Below the pieces are notes generated by a model. The model searched no databases and was not told where the DNA came from. It worked only from the letters and a program-made list of their open reading frames with translations. The position numbers and the translations under genes were made by a program. A DNA stretch of 63,115 nucleotides, the filler included, from Olpidium bornovanus S191 (taxonomy: Eukaryota; Fungi; Olpidiomycota): the NCBI GenBank assembly GCA_017911155.1. It is 31 parts of 31 records of this genome, joined end to end, with 100 filler letters (N's around TTAATTAATTAA, not from the genome) between each part and the next. Parts side by side here need not be neighbours in the genome. Positions count along the whole stretch, not along the records: positions 57,887 to 60,005 come from JAEFCI010004505.1; positions 60,106 to 61,795 come from JAEFCI010003390.1; positions 61,896 to 63,115 come from JAEFCI010013424.1; 28 more parts are not named here. One strand, written 5' to 3'. This document shows, piece after piece, positions 57,910-63,115 of this stretch. Position 1 is the first letter of the stretch. Every line of letters starts with the position of its first letter.

Positions 57910-59058
57910 TTGGAGCTCGCGGCAGTATCAAATAGCGCAACTCTCGTGTCTTCCTCCGTTGTGGATCGGGCGCGCGATCGCCAGGGGCGTCCGCTCACTG
58001 GTTCATGGCATAATTCGCCCGACGACCTGGGCTGCCGACCCTGGACGTCACCGCATATCCTGCGGGTTATTCCGCCGACGCCGCCAAAGCATCGCAGAAC
58101 AAAAAGCGATGTTTCCCTTCATTCTGCTTCCAAACTTTCACCAGGTACCTTCGACTCGCCAAAACTTCCACCACGCACCGTGGACTCGCCAACGAGTTAC
58201 TACACTCCTTCACCGATCTCCACCATCTGCGCCGCAATTGCGGGCTGCTCGATCAACGCAGCGGTCGGAATCGCCAGCGGCTACGTAAAAGGCGAAACGT
58301 GGGGTTTAAGGATTGGCCGCGCGCCTACCCGCCTACTGCACAACGGAGGAGGCCCCAATGGCAATCAGGCAACGTTCCCGCCGGCAACGATAGTCGGGGC
58401 GGGCGACGAGACAGAGCAGGTTATCGCTTCCTCGGCCAGCGGACGCCGTTTTACGGTCATCAGGAAAGGCAACCTCACTCCCATGTTCGAAGGCATTAAC
58501 CCCACCCCTATATTTCCTTCTCCGCAACCAACGGATCTCGGACTCGAAACAGGAACCCCGCCGGGCGTGCTTCCGACGCACCGAATTTCTGTCGAAACTG
58601 TCTCGTCGTCAGCTTCGGCGCCCGAGACTGGCGCCGCCCCAGCGCAGTCGTGCAAGACCGCCAGCTCCAGGGCCGTCGGCAGCAACCACGGTCAGCATGT
58701 CGCGGCTCCCGCCTCGCCCGCTGCGGATGTCGGCCGCCGCGTCTCTGGGCTTGCGACGCGCGATCCGGGACCGGCTGCCGCGCCGTCTCTGCCCGTCGAC
58801 GCGGGAAGTCGGCGGGTGGCGGCGGCGCCGACCCCACCGCCCGTTCCTGCCGACAACAGCGGCCCTCCGGGGGCGGCCAGCGGCCGCCCGGCCTCTAGAG
58901 CATCCTCGTGCGATTCGAGTCCGGTGGCGGCGGAGTCGACAGTGTGCGGCCGGAAAGGTCGCAAGTTCGTGATTACGCGGCACGAAGTGCCCGCGACGAC
59001 GGCCAAGACGGCGACGACGGCCACCAGCGCAACGACGGCAGCTCCGCCGTCTCTCTGA
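57910..59058 (+). CDS. Hypothetical Ser/Pro/Thr-rich protein, probably a last exon (5'-truncated)
   Basis: 382-codon open frame; disordered composition with KHRRTKSD, GRRFTVIR and GRKFVIT short motifs. Confidence 0.55.
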   Translation: MELAAVSNSATLVSSSVVDRARDRQGRPLTGSWHNSPDDLGCRPWTSPHILRVIPPTPPKHRRTKSDVSLHSASKLSPGTFDSPKLPPRTVDSPTSYYTPSPISTICAAIAGCSINAAVGIASGYVKGETWGLRIGRAPTRLLHNGGGPNGNQATFPPATIVGAGDETEQVIASSASGRRFTVIRKGNLTPMFEGINPTPIFPSPQPTDLGLETGTPPGVLPTHRISVETVSSSASAPETGAAPAQSCKTASSRAVGSNHGQHVAAPASPAADVGRRVSGLATRDPGPAAAPSLPVDAGSRRVAAAPTPPPVPADNSGPPGAASGRPASRASSCDSSPVAAESTVCGRKGRKFVITRHEVPATTAKTATTATSATTAAPPSL

Positions 59059-59169
59059 GGAGGACAGAGAGAGAGCGAGCAGGCCTTGCCGATCTGCGCG
59101 ACTCTCAACCTGAACTGCGCAGGTATAACATGTGCGCCCAAAGTACACACGCAGCGCTAGATAGTTTGG

Positions 59170-59346
59170 GCCGTTTTCCGCTTAGCATTTATTAGTATTT
59201 ATTTTGCACTACCGCCGAGTTATAGAGTCGGCCGCCACAGACGCAAAAGACTTGCCATGCCGTTTTCCGCTTAGCATTTATTAGTATTTATTTAGCACTA
59301 CCGCCGAGTTATAGAGTCGGCCGCCAGAGACGCAAAGACCTGCCAT
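59170..59346. repeat. Near-perfect tandem duplication (89 + 88 bp) upstream of GAL7
   Basis: GCCGTTTTCCGCTTAGCATTTATTAGTATTTATTT.GCACTACCGCCGAGTTATAGAGTCGGCCGCCA.AGACGCAAA.GAC.TGCCAT occurs at 59170 and 59259 with only a few differences. Confidence 0.95.
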
Positions 59347-59659
59347 TAATCTAAAAAGTTTTTGCAGCGAGAAACTGTTTTCCCCGTTAAGCGACAGAGC
59401 ACGTTGGGTTCATCACACCGCTTTGCCCGGCGTGGAGCGGAAGCTGCGTGCGGGGGAGAGAAGGGCGGGGAAGGACATGAAGGCGGCGGGCGAGGGAAAG
59501 AAGGCCGGGAAAGGCTCCGGAAGGCGCCGTGTGAGAGTGGCTCGAAGGTGGGAGGGGAGGTTTCGACCCAAAAACGGCAAAACCCGCCGCCAGAAGAAGA
59601 AAAACACCCTTAAACATTATTTGCCCCCGACCACCCCACACACATCGCCCACAGCGGAA

Positions 59660-59960
59660 ATGACGATGACAGCCTCCTTCGACCGGTCGCGAGACCCCCA
59701 TCGGAGGTACAACCCGCTCACTGATTCCTGGGTTCTGTGCTCGCCGCACCGCGCCAGCAGGCCCTGGCAGGGGCAGCGGGAGAGCGAGGAGCAGCGCGAC
59801 AAGCTTCCCCTTCACGACCCAGCCTGCTACCTGTGCCCGGGGAACCTGAGGGCGGGCGGCTCCCTGCGCAACCCGGACTACGCGACTACGTTCGTCTTCC
59901 CGAACGACTTCCCCGCCGTGAAGGAGGAGCAGCAGCAGCAGCCCGAAGTCGACGGCCGAG
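59660..59960 (+). CDS. GAL7: Galactose-1-phosphate uridylyltransferase, exon 1
   Basis: PHRRYNPLTDSWVLCSPHRASRPWQGQRE...HDPACYLCPGNLRAGG..NPDYATTFVFPNDFPAV. Confidence 0.97.
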
Positions 59961-60126
59961 GTGAGGGTGCAAGTTTCCTTACGAACCTCCATCCTCTCTT
60001 TCCCCNNNNNNNNNNNNNNNNNNNNNNNNNNNNNNNNNNNNNNNNNNNNTTAATTAATTAANNNNNNNNNNNNNNNNNNNNNNNNNNNNNNNNNNNNNNN
60101 NNNNNACCGAACCAGACGCCGTCCGG

Positions 60127-61400
60127 CTAGCCGAATCCAAACGAGAATTCATACTTCTGGCCCTGCAGGGCGTCCCAGATGGCAATCCATCCGCCACTAC
60201 CGGCGACCGCCATCTCCGCTTTCATGTATGGGTTGGGCACTAGGTCCAATGGCGGCTCGCGCAACGGGAGGGTTGCCATGGAAGCGATCGCCCCTGTTGC
60301 GGACGGACCTTCCATTCCTAGGTCCACGTTTGGCCACATGACGCTTACACCGCCACTAGTACGGACAGCAATGCTCCCTAACGGTGGACACCCAGGCTTC
60401 AATCAGAAATCGACTTTTGCTTCACTCGGTCCGAACGCTTGTTTGGCTTACTTGTATGCCCTTCGAAAGCCGGGCCGACCTCTACTTGTCGGACAGGCGT
60501 TCGGAACGCCGTAAGTCGCACTGTCTCTGGTGCAAAGTCCTCCGTTCCACTCCGCCGGAGCCAGACCAGCTCATTTCCGGTTTCTCCAGCGGGGAACACT
60601 AAACCGCCAACCGTGCCCTCTAATGGCGGTAGGTTAACCAGCAGGTTTCCTGGAACGCCGGACGCGTATTCGCCCGCGCCCCTTCTCCGTTCCTTCCTGG
60701 CGCCCGCAACGCTCTCAGCCATCAAGGTCCAAAGGAGATCCGCGGGGACGTAACAATCCCGAAACTCAGTCTGAAAAAAGCTGACCTGAGGAGATTTGCC
60801 GGCTCCGCGATCAACGACCGCACGATGCGAGAATCACCGGCCAAAGGAAGCAAGCTGGGAAACGGCAGGCGCGGTGGACCGGGCATACCGCGGACTCAAC
60901 CTCTTGCTCCAGCGGGAGGTCAGCAGACCTCTCGTCCTCCAAGTTACGGACGCGGCGCAGACGCGGGGCCAGCTGACGGAAGCGCGCTGCCTTTGGCGCG
61001 AAGACATCGCCTGTAATCTCGCCCGCGGAACAGGGCAACGGGGAAAAGCGGCGTCCGGCGTCAGTCGCGAGTGGTCGGTTCCTCTCGAAACGGGGGCGGC
61101 AGCGCCCCGACGAAGTAGATTTTTGCTCACCCCCGCCCCCGAGCTGCCGGATCCACCTGCGGTCTGCTCTCCTCGCGTCGACGTCGTAATACACCCCGCC
61201 CGTGCGGCCGACGTCGACAATTTCTTCCGCGGGCCAGGTCAGGCGGGGGTACCCGGTCGACTCCGGCAGCACGCCGCGGCCACCTCTGCAGGGCGCGCTG
61301 CAGTTTCCCAAGGCTCCTCCTCCCGCGGGCGGCCCCGCGCCGCCGGCGGTGTCCATTTCGTCGTCGCGCCGGAGGCCCTGCCGCGCGAAGTCGGAGAACG
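60127..61400 (-). CDS. RNA polymerase I core factor subunit Rrn6/TAF1C-like beta-propeller (3'-truncated)
   Basis: LVFPAGETGNEL...FRTPVRQVEVGP / GSIAVRTSGGVSVM...PLDLVPNPYMKAEMAVAGSGGWIAIWD resembles Rrn6 PIRQI...LAVR...DV.FNP....A.VD..G.W.IW (from memory). Confidence 0.5.
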
Positions 61401-62156
61401 CTAACAGCCGGCGAGGCGGCCGCAAATTCCATTACAAAACATCGGAACCGCACGGGCCGGGGAGAGGAGCCCCGTTGTGTTGCTTTATGCGCTTTGAGCA
61501 ATCACGTGATCGGCGCAGACCCACACGCCCGCGCCCACCCCGCCTCACGCGGAGATGGCTGGCGGCAAAAGCAGACGGACCCCCTTTAATGTAACAAATC
61601 GCGGCGCGGCATCGCCTCCCCGCCGAGCGGACGGACGCCGCCGCCCCTCATCAACCTCAAAGCTATCGCTCGTCTTCTCGCCCCACGCCCACCGCCCAGG
61701 AATGCCACGGGCTTCATTAGCTTTGCGGGAACCATTTCCCTTTTTTGCTTTGAGGCGGTCGATTTCCAGTTTGAGTTTTCTACTCGTTTTCATGGNNNNN
61801 NNNNNNNNNNNNNNNNNNNNNNNNNNNNNNNNNNNNNNNTTAATTAATTAANNNNNNNNNNNNNNNNNNNNNNNNNNNNNNNNNNNNNNNNNNNNCCCCC
61901 CCCCGGGAAAAACCCCGCCCCGCCCCAAAAACCCCCCCCCCCCCCCCCCCCCCCCCGCCCACACCCGGCAGAAAACGCCCGGCGTGCCCGAATTATCCCC
62001 ACAACCGCGACCGGGTCCTAAAAATGGCGGCGGGCAGAAACACCCCCAGACATCTCGAACGAGACGAGACCGCCAACCCGCGCGCGCTTTGCAAATTGCA
62101 CACCGCTGCCGCCGGAGTCCCCCGGAGGGCGCGGGAAGGCAGAGGCGTGAAAGGAA

Positions 62157-62189
<33 letters not shown>

Positions 62190-62522
62190 AAGTTCCCCGC
62201 CGGGAAGAAACGCGTCCTGCCCCAAAAACCCCCCCCCCCCCCCCCCCCCCCCCCGGGGTACCTCGCGGAACCCCTGATTCAAAAGCGAGGCCGCGAACTG
62301 GGGCCAAAAAAAAAAAAAAAATTGCCGACCGCGATACCCTGGTTCAGTCCGTGAAAGAGTCAAATGTTTTCGGCGTCCCCGTCCAGGAAATCAGACGTTT
62401 GGGCGAGATCGTCAACGTCTCGGAAAGCAGCCTTCACTTGACTGCAGCACTCAACTAGAACTCTGCCCGCCGGGTGGTAGAGTCAGGACCGCTAAGTCAC
62501 CCTTGGGAGCTGGGATTCAAAC

Positions 62523-62703
62523 TGTTGTGAACCGAAAGAGTACGCTCTACGGTCACGTGATCAAAGATGCCAAGACCGGGAGGGGAACTCCCCCTGGAGC
62601 TCTTCCTCCCGCCGTCAAACGCAAACAACGAAAGGGAAAAGGAGAGAGGAAGGAAGACGGAAGAGAGAGAACCCCTTTTTACCGCAACACGTTATCAGCA
62701 CCA
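62523..62703 (+). mobile_element. 167-bp 5' LTR (TGTTG...CAACA) followed directly by PBS CGTTATCAGCACCA
   Basis: TGTTG at 62523-62527 and CAACA at 62685-62689 form a perfect 5-bp terminal inverted repeat. The PBS (62690-62703) is shared with 1819-1832, and a GC-rich repetitive leader follows to the window end. Confidence 0.75.
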
Positions 62704-63115
62704 TTAGCTCCCGCTCTCCCGCCGCCGCCCATTTTCGCCGCGCGCCGCCGCCCATTTCCGCCGCGCGCGCCGCCCATTTCCGCCAGCTGCGCCATCCGCG
62801 CCGCCCTCGCCGCTTCACCGCCGCCGCTGCGCACCACGACACCGCCGCTCCGCCTTCGCCGCCACCGCTGCTGCCGCTTCGCCGTCGTCGCCGCCGCCGC
62901 CGCCGCTTTGCCGTAGTCGCCGCCGCCGCCGCCGCCGTCGCCGCTGCGCACTACGCCTTCGCCGCCGTTCGCTGCCACCGCTTCGCCGCCGTTCGTTCCG
63001 TTCGCGTCGCCCGCGCCCACCGTCTCACCCGCCAAGAAGAGAAGCCCTCCCGGCGCAGCCCATGGACAACAAGAAGGTTTCGCTCGAATTCGAGCCCCTT
63101 GCGGCTGACGGGGAG

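Overview
This window is not one contiguous locus. It is 31 short contigs (about 1-3.6 kb each) joined by 30 identical artificial 100-bp spacers (44 N + TTAATTAATTAA + 44 N, stops in all six frames), so adjacency across a spacer says nothing about synteny. The DNA is from a GC-rich, intron-rich eukaryote, almost certainly a fungus (DASH subunit Hsk3, AROM-type shikimate kinase exon, GLT1, PTR2, Oca4-like, Rrn6-like). A FET-family RNA-binding protein and RAB3GAP2 suggest an early-diverging lineage; the species cannot be fixed from sequence alone. Most genes are partial. Recognised by manual translation: NPC1, RAB3GAP2, a two-CDGSH protein, a FET/TAF15-like protein, PTR2, SPT small subunit, Tudor-SN, MED4, CARNMT1, LSG1, a SET protein, eIF3L, sulfiredoxin, pyruvate carboxylase, GLT1, HSK3, a TIS11-like CCCH protein, a PPR protein, Oca4-like, a BTB protein, GAL7 and Rrn6-like. 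Several Ty3/gypsy and Ty1/copia remnants are also present. Best leads: (1) a dispersed LTR-retroelement family whose primer-binding site matches the anticodon arm of tRNA-Ile(IAU), implying half-tRNA priming with C placed opposite inosine-34; (2) a CDGSH protein whose first cluster site has a natural His-to-Cys swap. No rRNA, convincing tRNA or CRISPR array was found. All family calls come from remembered motifs, no searches were run, and exon boundaries are manual and approximate.
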